Source: a bacterium UBP15_UBA6099 (GTDB lineage Bacteria > UBP15 > UBA6099). Taken from it: DNA of 64,000 bases. Location: the NCBI GenBank assembly GCA_002435745.1, contig DIWT01000004.1:19096-83095 (forward strand), written 5' to 3'. The notes beneath the pieces were generated by a model that saw nothing but the letters and a program-made list of their open reading frames with translations, was not told the origin of the DNA and did not search any database. Below, piece after piece: positions 1 to 8,168 of the stretch. Positions within the stretch are counted from its first letter, which is position 1; each line of letters begins with the position of its first letter. A program made the position numbers and the translations under genes.

Positions 1-84
1 TCTGAGCTATATAACGAAGATCGAAATAACGGCTCCGAGAAGAATATATAAAGGTTGCCCCTGATTTTGAACCCGAATCCGTCA

Positions 85-274
85 TTTCATCGTTACCAAG
101 GCCCCCTTGGTAACGCGATAACTGAAAGCTCCGCTTTCACCACTTTTCTTTCCAGTTCATTTTCTCAGGGTTCCCGACGTCCAGTCGTTATAATGATACG
201 CGCATGAGCGATAAAATACGGAAGCAGAGCTTCCTGAACTTTCCGTTACCAAGGGGACCTTGGTAACGATGAAA
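85..274. repeat. Inverted pair of ~54-nt repeat units, each centred on a palindrome CGTTACCAAGG-N3-CCTTGGTAACG (REP/MITE-like)
   Basis: Unit A is 85-138 and unit B is 221-274. The reverse complement of A aligns to B: the inner 31 nt (CGTTACCAAGGnnnCCTTGGTAACGATGAAA) differ at one loop position, and the outer flank is roughly 70% identical by eye. Each core (91-115 and 244-268) can form an 11-bp stem with a 3-nt loop. Confidence 0.6.
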
Positions 275-366
275 GAAATGCCTTTATTTCCATTGACAGC
301 TTATTCAGGTTTATCGGATTTCTTTTAATGTTTGAAGGCGGTTTTGTATGACTTTTCAAAAAGGGG

Positions 367-795
367 TCAGATGTATTTCGATATTTTCTGTTTCAGTTCT
401 GTAAAGTCCGATTTTTTGACTACGTATTCTTCTGCGGCCCAAGACTGGAAGTCCTGTTTGAAGGTGTGATAGGCGGTGAGGAGGATGACGGGGAGGTCTT
501 TCTTTTTCTGCTTGATGGCGCTGAGGACGGCAAGGCCGTCGATTTCCGGCATTTTGATGTCGAGCAGGACGATGTTGACGCCGTAAGACATCTCTTCGAG
601 GGTGTCTAGGGCTTCGCGCCCGCCCTCGCACACGATTACCTGATGTCCGTCGTCCTCAAGCTCAAGCTTGAGCAGGTCCCGTATCTGCGGCTTGTCGTCC
701 ACAATCATTATTTTTTTCACGGCAATCACCGCATATATTATACCCCGAAAACGCTTCAGAGCGCGACCGGACTCGAAAAAAACCGCCGCCGTCAC
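367..795 (-). CDS. Single-domain response regulator (CheY-like receiver)
   Basis: Receiver-domain pattern: MIVDDKPQIRDLL...VLLDIKMPEIDGL...PVILLTAY...KK. The GTG at 795 overlaps the upstream stop as GTGA. An alternative ATG at 708 sits directly before IVDD, so the start is uncertain. Confidence 0.85.
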   Translation of the reverse strand: MTAAVFFESGRALKRFRGIIYAVIAVKKIMIVDDKPQIRDLLKLELEDDGHQVIVCEGGREALDTLEEMSYGVNIVLLDIKMPEIDGLAVLSAIKQKKKDLPVILLTAYHTFKQDFQSWAAEEYVVKKSDFTELKQKISKYI

Positions 796-1034
796 ACGCA
801 GTAGCCGTTTGCCCCGTTCTCCGCGGCGGTGATGTCGTGAAGTATTTTTATGGTTTTTTCCTGAAGCCGGTAGAAATCTCCCGCGCTGAGTTTTTCGACT
901 TTACGCTCCATCCCCGGCGCGGTGACTTCGGCGACGAACGCCGCGATCGCTTTTATCTGCTCCGGCTTCAGTTTATTTTCGTCTTCCAACTGATTAAGGT
1001 GCCTGATGATGCTGGACAGAAGTTTTTCGGTCAT
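792..1034 (-). CDS. Hypothetical 80-aa protein
   Basis: I trimmed ORF 792-1127 to the ATG at 1034, which follows GGAGGATATCTCTC. It lies between the XRE regulator and the receiver gene on the same strand. No motif recognised. Confidence 0.5.
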   Translation of the reverse strand: MTEKLLSSIIRHLNQLEDENKLKPEQIKAIAAFVAEVTAPGMERKVEKLSAGDFYRLQEKTIKILHDITAAENGANGYCV

Positions 1035-1086
1035 GAGAGATATCCTCCGATATCGGGAATGTTCGGGCGATTGCGGGAGAAGGCGG

Positions 1087-1506
1087 TCAGGGTGTTTCCC
1101 GGCCCCTCGCGCGGTCAATTTCTTCAATCAACCTGCGCCTGCTTTCATCTCCCGATTTCGCGTCGCCGAGCATCCGAAGCCCTTTGGCGACTTCATCCAG
1201 AGTCCGTTGCCTTTTCCTGTTCAGTTCCCTGTATGTTTCGACCAGTTTTCGTTCGGTGGCCGAGGCGTCGAACGGCGGGCGGGACGGCTTGGCTTTCCTG
1301 TTCACCGCCATCTCGCAAAGTTCCTCCATGCCGATGTTGTATATCTGGGAAAAAAGGTAGGCCGCTTTGAGAGACAGGCCCCGCTCGTCCCGCTCGATGC
1401 GAGACAGGGTGGTTTTGTCGAGAACCCCGCCGGACGCGGCCACCACTTCTCTTATGGACAGTCCCTGATTTTCTCTCAGCTTCCTCAATGTCGCTCCTAT
1501 CGCCAT
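1087..1506 (-). CDS. XRE-family helix-turn-helix transcriptional regulator
   Basis: N-terminal HTH_3 pattern (LRKLRENQGLSIREVVAASGGVLDKTTLSRIERDERGLSL). An SD (GGAGAGGAG) precedes the ATG. Confidence 0.85.
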   Translation of the reverse strand: MAIGATLRKLRENQGLSIREVVAASGGVLDKTTLSRIERDERGLSLKAAYLFSQIYNIGMEELCEMAVNRKAKPSRPPFDASATERKLVETYRELNRKRQRTLDEVAKGLRMLGDAKSGDESRRRLIEEIDRARGRETP

Positions 1507-1830
1507 GTGTCTTCTCCTCTCCGCCCGGCGGATAAGCCGCCGTTTTTATCCCGGTTATTTGTCCCATTTTAGACCTTGTCACTGAACAGTGTTGTTAAGC
1601 GGCATCAAAGAAAAACAAACCTTAAAAATCGACAGAAGAGGTTTTTGCCTTTTCCCAAACATTTCGCATCTTTTGTTCGGTCAATGTTGAGAATACGCGG
1701 CGTTGTCGGCGAATTTTTACGAAGCCGTATTTCTTATCGACGAAGCCGGATTTATTCTTAAATAAAAATCTTTAATGAAAAGCGGATTCATAAGTTGTGT
1801 GAGCTAAGACTCGGCAATTTTTAGGCGAGG

Positions 1831-2655
1831 TTACTCGAACTGTCGAAACAGCCACGGGTTGATGTGTCCGAGCGCTGGCATTCGGGAGCGGATGGAGTCC
1901 TGAAAATCATAATCTATCTCCGCAATGATGACGCATTCGCGGTCGGCGGCGCGGGCTATTACCACGCCCCACGGATCCGCCACTAGGCTCCTGCCGTAGG
2001 TGTTGCGCTTGGGCGTGTTTTTTCCGAACTGTCCGGGAGCGACCACGTATGCGTAGTTCTCGATGGCGCGGGCGCGCAGGAGAGTTTCCCAGTGGTCTTT
2101 GCCGGTGAGCAGGGTGAAGGCCGCCGGAACGAACAACACTCGCGCCCCCTTTCGGGCCAGCAGCCGATATAACTCCGGAAACCTCAAATCGTAACAGACT
2201 GAAAGCCCGATGGGGCCGCAGGGTGTCTGCGCCACCACTGCTTCAGCTCCCGGATTTATATGTTTTGATTCATTATAAGACGCTCCGTCGCCGACCTCGA
2301 CGTCGAAGAGGTGAATCTTCCTGTACTTTGCGATGAATTCCCCGTCCGGGCCGATGACCGGGCAGCAGTTGTGAAGCCTGCCGTCCGGGGCCGCTTCCGG
2401 GACGGTTCCCGCGACCATAGTGACGCGCCGGGCGCGGCAGAAGGCTCGCAGGTCTTCCGCCGGGCCGTCTTCAAACAATGAAGGATCGGCGGGCGGTTCG
2501 CCGTCGTCTCTTATCAACAGCCAGTTCTCAGGCAGCGCGATAAGCGAAGCCCCTCTGTCCGCAGCCTCCGCCGCCAGTTCGAGGGCGCGCGCCGCGTTTC
2601 TTGCGGCGTCTCCGCCTGATGTCATTTGTATAGCCGCTACTGTGAACTTCCTCAT
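1831..2655 (-). CDS. Carbon-nitrogen hydrolase (nitrilase superfamily, omega-amidase/Nit-like)
   Basis: Glu-Lys-Cys triad contexts are present: ALPENW, YRKIHLFD and GLSVCYDLRFPE. Length is 274 aa. Confidence 0.85.
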   Translation of the reverse strand: MRKFTVAAIQMTSGGDAARNAARALELAAEAADRGASLIALPENWLLIRDDGEPPADPSLFEDGPAEDLRAFCRARRVTMVAGTVPEAAPDGRLHNCCPVIGPDGEFIAKYRKIHLFDVEVGDGASYNESKHINPGAEAVVAQTPCGPIGLSVCYDLRFPELYRLLARKGARVLFVPAAFTLLTGKDHWETLLRARAIENYAYVVAPGQFGKNTPKRNTYGRSLVADPWGVVIARAADRECVIIAEIDYDFQDSIRSRMPALGHINPWLFRQFE

Positions 2656-2864
2656 TCCTCAGAACCTTTCTCCGCAGTATGAGAGCGCGGAACGCGTCGA
2701 GGCGGAGACCGTAGAGATCGAATCATTAGAGCCGATTCTGTCGCGCCTATATGAATATCTTAATTTAACATCATTTAAAAGCCAACCGCCGCCGGGTTGG
2801 CGGGAGCGAACAGCGCAGAAAAACGCCAAAAGTGACAAAAAAAGAAACATTTTTCAATCGCCAC

Positions 2865-2892
2865 TAAAGCAAAACGCCGGGACAGCCGATGA
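2865..2892 (+). promoter_or_regulatory. Sigma-28 (FliA/SigD)-type promoter of flagellin 1
   Basis: TAAA (2865-2868), 16-nt spacer, GCCGATGA (2885-2892). This matches the known TAAA-N15-GCCGATAA consensus. It lies ~55 nt upstream of the ATG. Confidence 0.6.
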
Positions 2893-2900
2893 TATAACAC

Positions 2901-2916
2901 GGGTCACGGACGACCC
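2901..2916 (+). promoter_or_regulatory. 5'-leader hairpin presenting GGA in its loop (CsrA-type binding-site architecture)
   Basis: GGGTC-ACGGAC-GACCC: a 5-bp stem with a loop containing GGA. A second GGA lies in the SD AAGGAGGA (2931-2938). Confidence 0.5.
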
Positions 2917-2945
2917 GATGCGTTTCTTACAAGGAGGAAACCACA

Positions 2946-3773
2946 ATGTCTGTCGTAAACACCAACATTTCCGGTCTGATAGGACTGAACAATCTGAGGC
3001 TGACAAACCTCGGATTGCAGACGTCGCTTGAAAGGCTGTCGTCGGGGCTGAGAATCAATCACGCCTCGGACGACCCCAGCGGTCTTGCCATCGCCAAGGG
3101 GATGGAAGCGCAGATAGGCGGCATCCGCACCGCCGTGCAGAACGCCGAGGACGGGATCAACCTGATCCGCACCGCCGACGGCTCTCTGAGCGAGACGCAC
3201 GACATCCTGCTTAGGATGCGAGACCTCGCGGTGCGCGCGGCCAACGAAGCCACGCTCACTCCCGCGGATCTCAACAGGCTTCACAACGAGTTTGTAAGCC
3301 TGATCGCGGAGATCGACCGCAAGTCGGATGCCGTCACTTTCAACACGAAAGTTCTGTTCGACGGCACTTTCGCAGGAGGAGAGGTGCTTCAGGTCGGCCC
3401 GGACAACGGCGCTACTTTCCAACTAACCGTGTCCATTCCTGACCTTGATTCAACAGGGCTGGGGATCAACGCCGCGTCGCTGTCGCAGGTGGCAAACGCC
3501 CAAGCCGCCATCGACTCTGTCAACAGCGCCATCAACCAGATATCCGACGTGCGCGCGAACCTCGGCATACAGGAACGCCGCCTCGGCCACATCATCGACG
3601 ACCTGAAAGCGGCCGATATAAACATCTCCGCCGCCAAGAGCCGCATCTACGACGCGGACATGGCAGTCGAGATAAGCGAGTTCACCCGCCTGCAGATACT
3701 CCAGCAGAGCGGCACGGCGATACTCGCTCAGGCCAATGCGCAGCCTCAGAGCGTGCTGCAACTTCTGAAATAA
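2946..3773 (+). CDS. Flagellin (275 aa), paralogue 1
   Basis: Conserved flagellin N-terminus (LERLSSGLRINHASDDPSGLAIA) and C-terminus (DADMAVEISEFTRLQILQQSGTAILAQANAQPQSVLQLL). SD and ATG are present. Confidence 0.95.
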   Translation: MSVVNTNISGLIGLNNLRLTNLGLQTSLERLSSGLRINHASDDPSGLAIAKGMEAQIGGIRTAVQNAEDGINLIRTADGSLSETHDILLRMRDLAVRAANEATLTPADLNRLHNEFVSLIAEIDRKSDAVTFNTKVLFDGTFAGGEVLQVGPDNGATFQLTVSIPDLDSTGLGINAASLSQVANAQAAIDSVNSAINQISDVRANLGIQERRLGHIIDDLKAADINISAAKSRIYDADMAVEISEFTRLQILQQSGTAILAQANAQPQSVLQLLK

Positions 3774-3803
3774 AGATATAAGCATCTAATCGGAATTAAC
3801 TTC

Positions 3804-3838
3804 AAGCGCCTCCTTCGCAGGGGGCGCTTTTTTCTTTT
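3804..3838 (+). terminator. Rho-independent terminator after flagellin 1
   Basis: AGCGCCTCC-TTCGCA-GGGGGCGCT stem-loop followed by TTTTTTCTTTTT. Confidence 0.75.
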
Positions 3839-3901
3839 TACGCGCGCGGCAGGCCGGACGCGCATCTCTTTTTTGATCGATTGTTTATTTTGTCGCTTCG
3901 C

Positions 3902-3928
3902 TAAAGGCAGTGGCGATTTTGTCGATAT
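3902..3928 (+). promoter_or_regulatory. Sigma-28-type promoter of flagellin 2
   Basis: TAAA (3902-3905), 15-nt spacer, GTCGATAT (3921-3928). Confidence 0.6.
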
Positions 3929-3946
3929 ATAAAATGTTCGAAATGT

Positions 3947-3962
3947 CGATAATGGATTATCG
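3947..3962 (+). promoter_or_regulatory. 5'-leader hairpin with GGA loop
   Basis: CGATAA-TGGA-TTATCG: a 6-bp perfect stem with loop UGGA. The SD GGAGG is at 3974-3978. Confidence 0.5.
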
Positions 3963-3985
3963 GCGGAAAACATGGAGGTGTAATT

Positions 3986-4813
3986 ATGTCGGTAGTAAAC
4001 ACAAACATTTCCGGTCTGATAGGGCTGAACAACCTGAGGCTGACCAACCTCGGGTTGCAGACATCTTTGGAGAGGCTTTCGTCCGGGCTGAGGATAAATC
4101 ACGCGTCGGACGACCCCAGCGGACTTGCTATAGCAAAGGGCATGGAGGCGCAGATCGGCGGCATCCGCACCGCCGTGCAGAACGCCGAGGACGGGATTAA
4201 CCTGATCCGAACGGCAGACGGCTCGCTCAGCGAAACGCAGGACATCCTTTTCAGGATGCGCGACCTCGCGGTGCGAGCGGCAAACGAGGCCACGCTCACT
4301 TCGGCGGACCTGACGAGGCTCAACAACGAGTTCAACAGCCTCATGGACGAAATTGATCGCAAGTCGGACGCCGTTACGTTTAACACCAAGGGGCTGTTCG
4401 ACGGCACTTTCGCAGCAGGACAGGTCCTTCAGGTCGGCCCTGACAACGGAGCCACTTTCCAGTTGACTGTGTCCATCCCCGATCTCGACGCCGCCGGACT
4501 CGGAATCAATACGGCTTCTGTGGGAGTGGTGGCAAACGCTCAGTCGGCGATCGACTACATAAACAGCGCGATCAATCAAGTGTCCGACGTGCGCGCCAAT
4601 CTAGGCATTCAGGAACGCCGCCTCGGCCACATCATCGACGACCTGAAAGCCGCAGACATCAACATCTCCGCCGCCAAGAGCCGCATCTACGACGCGGACA
4701 TGGCAGTCGAGATAAGCGAGTTCACCCGCCTGCAGATACTGCAGCAGAGCGGCACGGCGATACTCGCTCAGGCAAACGCTCAGCCGCAGAGCGTGTTGCA
4801 ACTGCTTCAGTAG
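3986..4813 (+). CDS. Flagellin (275 aa), paralogue 2
   Basis: Same conserved termini as paralogue 1; ends LLQ instead of LLK. Confidence 0.95.
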   Translation: MSVVNTNISGLIGLNNLRLTNLGLQTSLERLSSGLRINHASDDPSGLAIAKGMEAQIGGIRTAVQNAEDGINLIRTADGSLSETQDILFRMRDLAVRAANEATLTSADLTRLNNEFNSLMDEIDRKSDAVTFNTKGLFDGTFAAGQVLQVGPDNGATFQLTVSIPDLDAAGLGINTASVGVVANAQSAIDYINSAINQVSDVRANLGIQERRLGHIIDDLKAADINISAAKSRIYDADMAVEISEFTRLQILQQSGTAILAQANAQPQSVLQLLQ

Positions 4814-4843
4814 CGCCGCCTTTCAATAAAAAGATATTTATTA

Positions 4844-4880
4844 AGCGCCTCCTTTTAAGGGGGCGCTTTTTTGCTTTTTT
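4844..4880 (+). terminator. Rho-independent terminator after flagellin 2
   Basis: AGCGCCTCC-TTTTAA-GGGGGCGCT stem-loop followed by TTTTTTGCTTTTTT. Confidence 0.75.
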
Positions 4881-4947
4881 CAAGGTTTTCTATCCGAGTC
4901 GGCGAGAAACGCGGGATGGCAGCGGCTCCTGATTTTTTCGCCGCGTA

Positions 4948-4974
4948 TAAAGTTATTTTTTTTTATGTCGATAA
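4948..4974 (+). promoter_or_regulatory. Sigma-28-type promoter of flagellin 3
   Basis: TAAA (4948-4951), 15-nt spacer, GTCGATAA (4967-4974). Confidence 0.6.
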
Positions 4975-4987
4975 AAAACATATAAAA

Positions 4988-5007
4988 GTCGATCACGGAT
5001 GATCGAC
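4988..5007 (+). promoter_or_regulatory. 5'-leader hairpin with GGA loop
   Basis: GTCGATC-ACGGAT-GATCGAC: a 7-bp perfect stem with a loop containing GGA. The SD GGAGG is at 5018-5022. Confidence 0.5.
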
Positions 5008-5029
5008 TCTACAACATGGAGGTGTAATT

Positions 5030-5857
5030 ATGTCGGTAGTAAACACAAACATTTCCGGTCTGATAGGACTGAACAATCTGAGGCTGACGAACCTCGGATT
5101 GCAGACGTCGCTTGAAAGGCTGTCGTCGGGGCTGAGAATCAATCACGCCTCAGACGACCCCAGCGGACTTGCCATCGCCAAAGGGATGGAGGCGCAGATC
5201 GGCGGCATCCGCACAGCAGTGCAGAACGCCGAGGACGGGATCAACCTGATCCGCACCGCCGACGGCTCTCTGAGCGAGACGCACGACATCCTGATGAGGA
5301 TGCGAGACCTCGCGGTGCGCGCGGCTAACGAGGCAACGCTCACATCCGCCGACCTGACGAGGCTCAACAACGAGTTCAACAGCCTCATGGCCGAGATCGA
5401 CCGCAAGTCGGACGCCGTCACGTTCAACACGAAAGTTCTGTTTGACGGCACGTTTTCCGCCGGACAGGTGCTTCAGATCGGTCCGGACAACGGAGCCACT
5501 TTCCAGTTGACCGTGCAGATTAACGACCTCGATTCCACAGGTCTCGGAATCAACACGGCTTCAGTGGGAGTGGTCGCAAACGCCCAGTCGGCGATCGACT
5601 ACATCAACAGCGCCATCAACCAGATATCCGACGTGCGCGCGAACCTCGGCATACAGGAACGCCGCCTCGGCCACATCATCGACGACCTGAAAGCGGCCGA
5701 TATAAACATCTCCGCCGCCAAGAGCCGCATCTACGACGCGGACATGGCAGTCGAGATAAGCGAGTTCACCCGCCTGCAGATACTCCAGCAGAGCGGCACG
5801 GCGATACTCGCTCAGGCAAACGCTCAGCCGCAGAGCGTGCTCCAGCTTCTTAAGTAA
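5030..5857 (+). CDS. Flagellin (275 aa), paralogue 3 (mosaic of 1 and 2)
   Basis: Same conserved termini. The central residues alternate between paralogue-1-like and paralogue-2-like blocks. Confidence 0.95.
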   Translation: MSVVNTNISGLIGLNNLRLTNLGLQTSLERLSSGLRINHASDDPSGLAIAKGMEAQIGGIRTAVQNAEDGINLIRTADGSLSETHDILMRMRDLAVRAANEATLTSADLTRLNNEFNSLMAEIDRKSDAVTFNTKVLFDGTFSAGQVLQIGPDNGATFQLTVQINDLDSTGLGINTASVGVVANAQSAIDYINSAINQISDVRANLGIQERRLGHIIDDLKAADINISAAKSRIYDADMAVEISEFTRLQILQQSGTAILAQANAQPQSVLQLLK

Positions 5858-5883
5858 CATCTCGCAAGACCTGAAATCCTGAC

Positions 5884-5920
5884 AAAAAAAAGAAACCCGC
5901 CACGGCGGGTTTCTTTTTTT
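5884..5920. terminator. Bidirectional rho-independent terminator between convergent flagellin 3 and the radical SAM gene
   Basis: AAAAAAAAGAAACCCGCC-ACGG-CGGGTTTCTTTTTTT: a GC-rich stem flanked by an A-run and a T-run. Confidence 0.8.
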
Positions 5921-5942
5921 ATGCTATGGATATTTCTCGCGG

Positions 5943-7898
5943 TTATCTTTCGTTCACTGCGAATTGAAGCCCTTTGAGACGTTTGCGGAGCGCCGCCATC
6001 TGGCGCGCGTGCGCCTCCGAACAGTTTATCTTTATGTCCGCGCCTTTGCGGGAAAGAGATTCGAGCATCCTGCCGAATGCCTCAGAATCCAGACGCGCCA
6101 AAGGCGCAAGGTTTATGTGAACAGCCTTGACGGCTATCTTCTTTTCGTTGAGCGTGTTAATCAGTCTGCGCATGGTTTTCTCTTTTACAGAGCCGCGAAG
6201 GTAAACCGAAAGCTCCGCCTCTCCGCCTCTGTTTTCGAGGAAAGCCCATGCTTTGCGGAGTTTAAGGAGGGCAGTGGCGCGGGCGGCGGAACACGCGGCG
6301 GCGGCGACCTCAGCCGGCTCCATCCTGAACCGGGTGACTATCGCTCGCGGGTTGTGGGGATGGAACTCCCTCTCGTATCTCATCCGCGCCGCGCTCGCCA
6401 TGAGCCAGACCGCCGAGTTGGCTATGAAATGCGCCGGGTTTCGCGCCCCGAACTTTTCGGCGAACATCGCCTCTATGCGTTCAGCTTTCTCTTTCATCTG
6501 TTTTTCCGGGGCGAGCCATTTAAGGGCGGTCAGCGCGTGACGGTATGCTTTGCATCTGCGAACGGCGGTTTCATATCTCGCCGCCATCATCGGGTCTCCG
6601 CTCTTGTAATGAGGGGAATTCAGCCCCTGAATCATGGCCTCGCCGACCCTGAGTATGGACGGGCCAAGCTCGCGGAACTCGCGGGCGAACGCTTCTTTAG
6701 TCGTCACCGCGCTTTCCTCCCGCGTGAAGTGCGGGTGCTTGAACCACAGCATGTGTTGCCCGTGCCATTCCTCATACGGCACGTCGTCCAGCAGTAGCCC
6801 TTGCTCCTTGTATTCGAGGTAGAGTCTAGTCTGCGGCAGGGGGCCGAGCTGCATGAACTGCGTGAAGTCCGGCTTCAGGCTTATCGCGAAATCGATGTCC
6901 TCGTTGATGCTCTCTTTGTCGTGATGTTCAAGGAAAAGGATGGACGATGCCAGCACGAATATCCCGTTCGCGCGGAGTTCGGCGATGAGCGCCTGAACGT
7001 CGATTCCTTTGGTTTTCTCGAACAGGTTCCGCTTGGACTCGACGCCTATCCACACGTAGTTGACGCCCAGCGCCATCATGTTGTCCACGCCGAACGCCGT
7101 TATCGCCTCTGCGGACGAGAAAACGCTGAAGTTGAACGGCCGGTTGTGCTCGCGCATGAGCGCCAGCAGTTCCATCGCTCTGTCTTTGTGAAGGAGAAAG
7201 TTCTCGTCCATCACGAAGAAGTCGTTTGTCTTAAGCTCGTCCGCGAGCCGCACGCACACGTCGAATATGTCTTTGCCCGTTTTCAGGAACGGGGTGTATT
7301 CCTTGTCGTAGAAGTGGGACGTGCAGCAGAACCGGCAGGCGTTCGGGCAGCCAACGCCGGGCACTAGCACCGCGCCCTGTTGCGTGAACGGAAGCCCGAG
7401 AATCCTTTTGTGGTCCGCGGCGGGCATCGCCGGGTGCTTTATCGGCGCGTTCATGTCCTCTCCCAGCAGATTCCTCAGCTTGCTGATTCCCTCTCCGGGC
7501 AGAACATGGTCGCAGTCGATCAAAGTCTCGATGTCGGGGATTCTCGAACCGTGGCCTCCGAGGATTATTTTCGTCTGCGGCGAAACCTCTCTGATTATCT
7601 CCGCCATCCTTCGCGCTTTCACGAAGTTCGGGGCGATGAAGGAAATGCCCACGTAGTCGTAGCCTTTGGCAAGCTCCTTGCGAAACTGTTTTATCGATGG
7701 GAAGTCGAGCACAGTGGTGGGAGTGGACAGGTTCTCCGCGATGAAATAGAGGCCGAAACTCCTGTGATTGTATCTGAGCGAGAAAATGCCTTGCTCGCGG
7801 GTCACCTGATTGTGGAACAGTTCGAGTTTATTTTCCTTGCGGCCATAGGCGTCGTCTACGCCGAACGGCCTGAATACCGATGTAAGCAGTAATTTCAT
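5943..7898 (-). CDS. B12-binding-domain radical SAM protein with a ~180-aa C-terminal extension (STAS-like?)
   Basis: The N-terminal region has a cobalamin-binding-like pattern (YDYVGISFIAPNF...KIILGGHG), followed by the radical SAM cluster motif GVGCPNACRFCC (CxxxCxxC). Total length is 651 aa. Confidence 0.8.
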   Translation of the reverse strand: MKLLLTSVFRPFGVDDAYGRKENKLELFHNQVTREQGIFSLRYNHRSFGLYFIAENLSTPTTVLDFPSIKQFRKELAKGYDYVGISFIAPNFVKARRMAEIIREVSPQTKIILGGHGSRIPDIETLIDCDHVLPGEGISKLRNLLGEDMNAPIKHPAMPAADHKRILGLPFTQQGAVLVPGVGCPNACRFCCTSHFYDKEYTPFLKTGKDIFDVCVRLADELKTNDFFVMDENFLLHKDRAMELLALMREHNRPFNFSVFSSAEAITAFGVDNMMALGVNYVWIGVESKRNLFEKTKGIDVQALIAELRANGIFVLASSILFLEHHDKESINEDIDFAISLKPDFTQFMQLGPLPQTRLYLEYKEQGLLLDDVPYEEWHGQHMLWFKHPHFTREESAVTTKEAFAREFRELGPSILRVGEAMIQGLNSPHYKSGDPMMAARYETAVRRCKAYRHALTALKWLAPEKQMKEKAERIEAMFAEKFGARNPAHFIANSAVWLMASAARMRYEREFHPHNPRAIVTRFRMEPAEVAAAACSAARATALLKLRKAWAFLENRGGEAELSVYLRGSVKEKTMRRLINTLNEKKIAVKAVHINLAPLARLDSEAFGRMLESLSRKGADIKINCSEAHARQMAALRKRLKGLQFAVNER

Positions 7899-8099
7899 TG
7901 TGTAACCTCATCTCCGCCGGGGACGCTGACTGCGGATGCGCGTCCGCCGAGTGTCATAATGATAGCGCCTGTGACACGAATGTCCATAGAAAAGAATAAT
8001 GGTTTATGGGCTTTGTAGCTTCTGAACAAAAAGACAATAGTGAAAATACAATTCTGCGTTATTAAGATGGGAACAACAGGAAAACAATATTTCTCACCA

Positions 8100-8128
8100 T
8101 TGACAATAAGTGAATTTGGCATTAATAT
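8100..8128 (+). promoter_or_regulatory. Candidate sigma-70-type promoter of the island cassette
   Basis: TTGACA (8100-8105), 17-nt spacer, TAATAT (8123-8128). It lies ~40 nt upstream of the first island ORF. Confidence 0.4.
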
Positions 8129-8168
8129 TGGCACCTAATCTGAATCAGGCTTTTCATACCCAGCCGCG

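Noticed and set aside
1526-1547. A terminator-like hairpin plus T-run on the + strand (CGGCGG-ATAAG-CCGCCG-TTTTT), just upstream of the minus-strand XRE gene.
   Set aside because: No plus-strand gene lies upstream for it to terminate. It more likely lies in the XRE gene's promoter or operator region, or blocks antisense read-through. Evidence is insufficient to call it a feature.
2946-5857. A ~1.04-kb periodic repetition that could be mistaken for a repeat array or a mobile-element duplication.
   Set aside because: The repeat unit is a complete flagellin gene with its own promoter and terminator. There are no short direct repeats with unique spacers, so this is not a CRISPR array, and no transposase is present.
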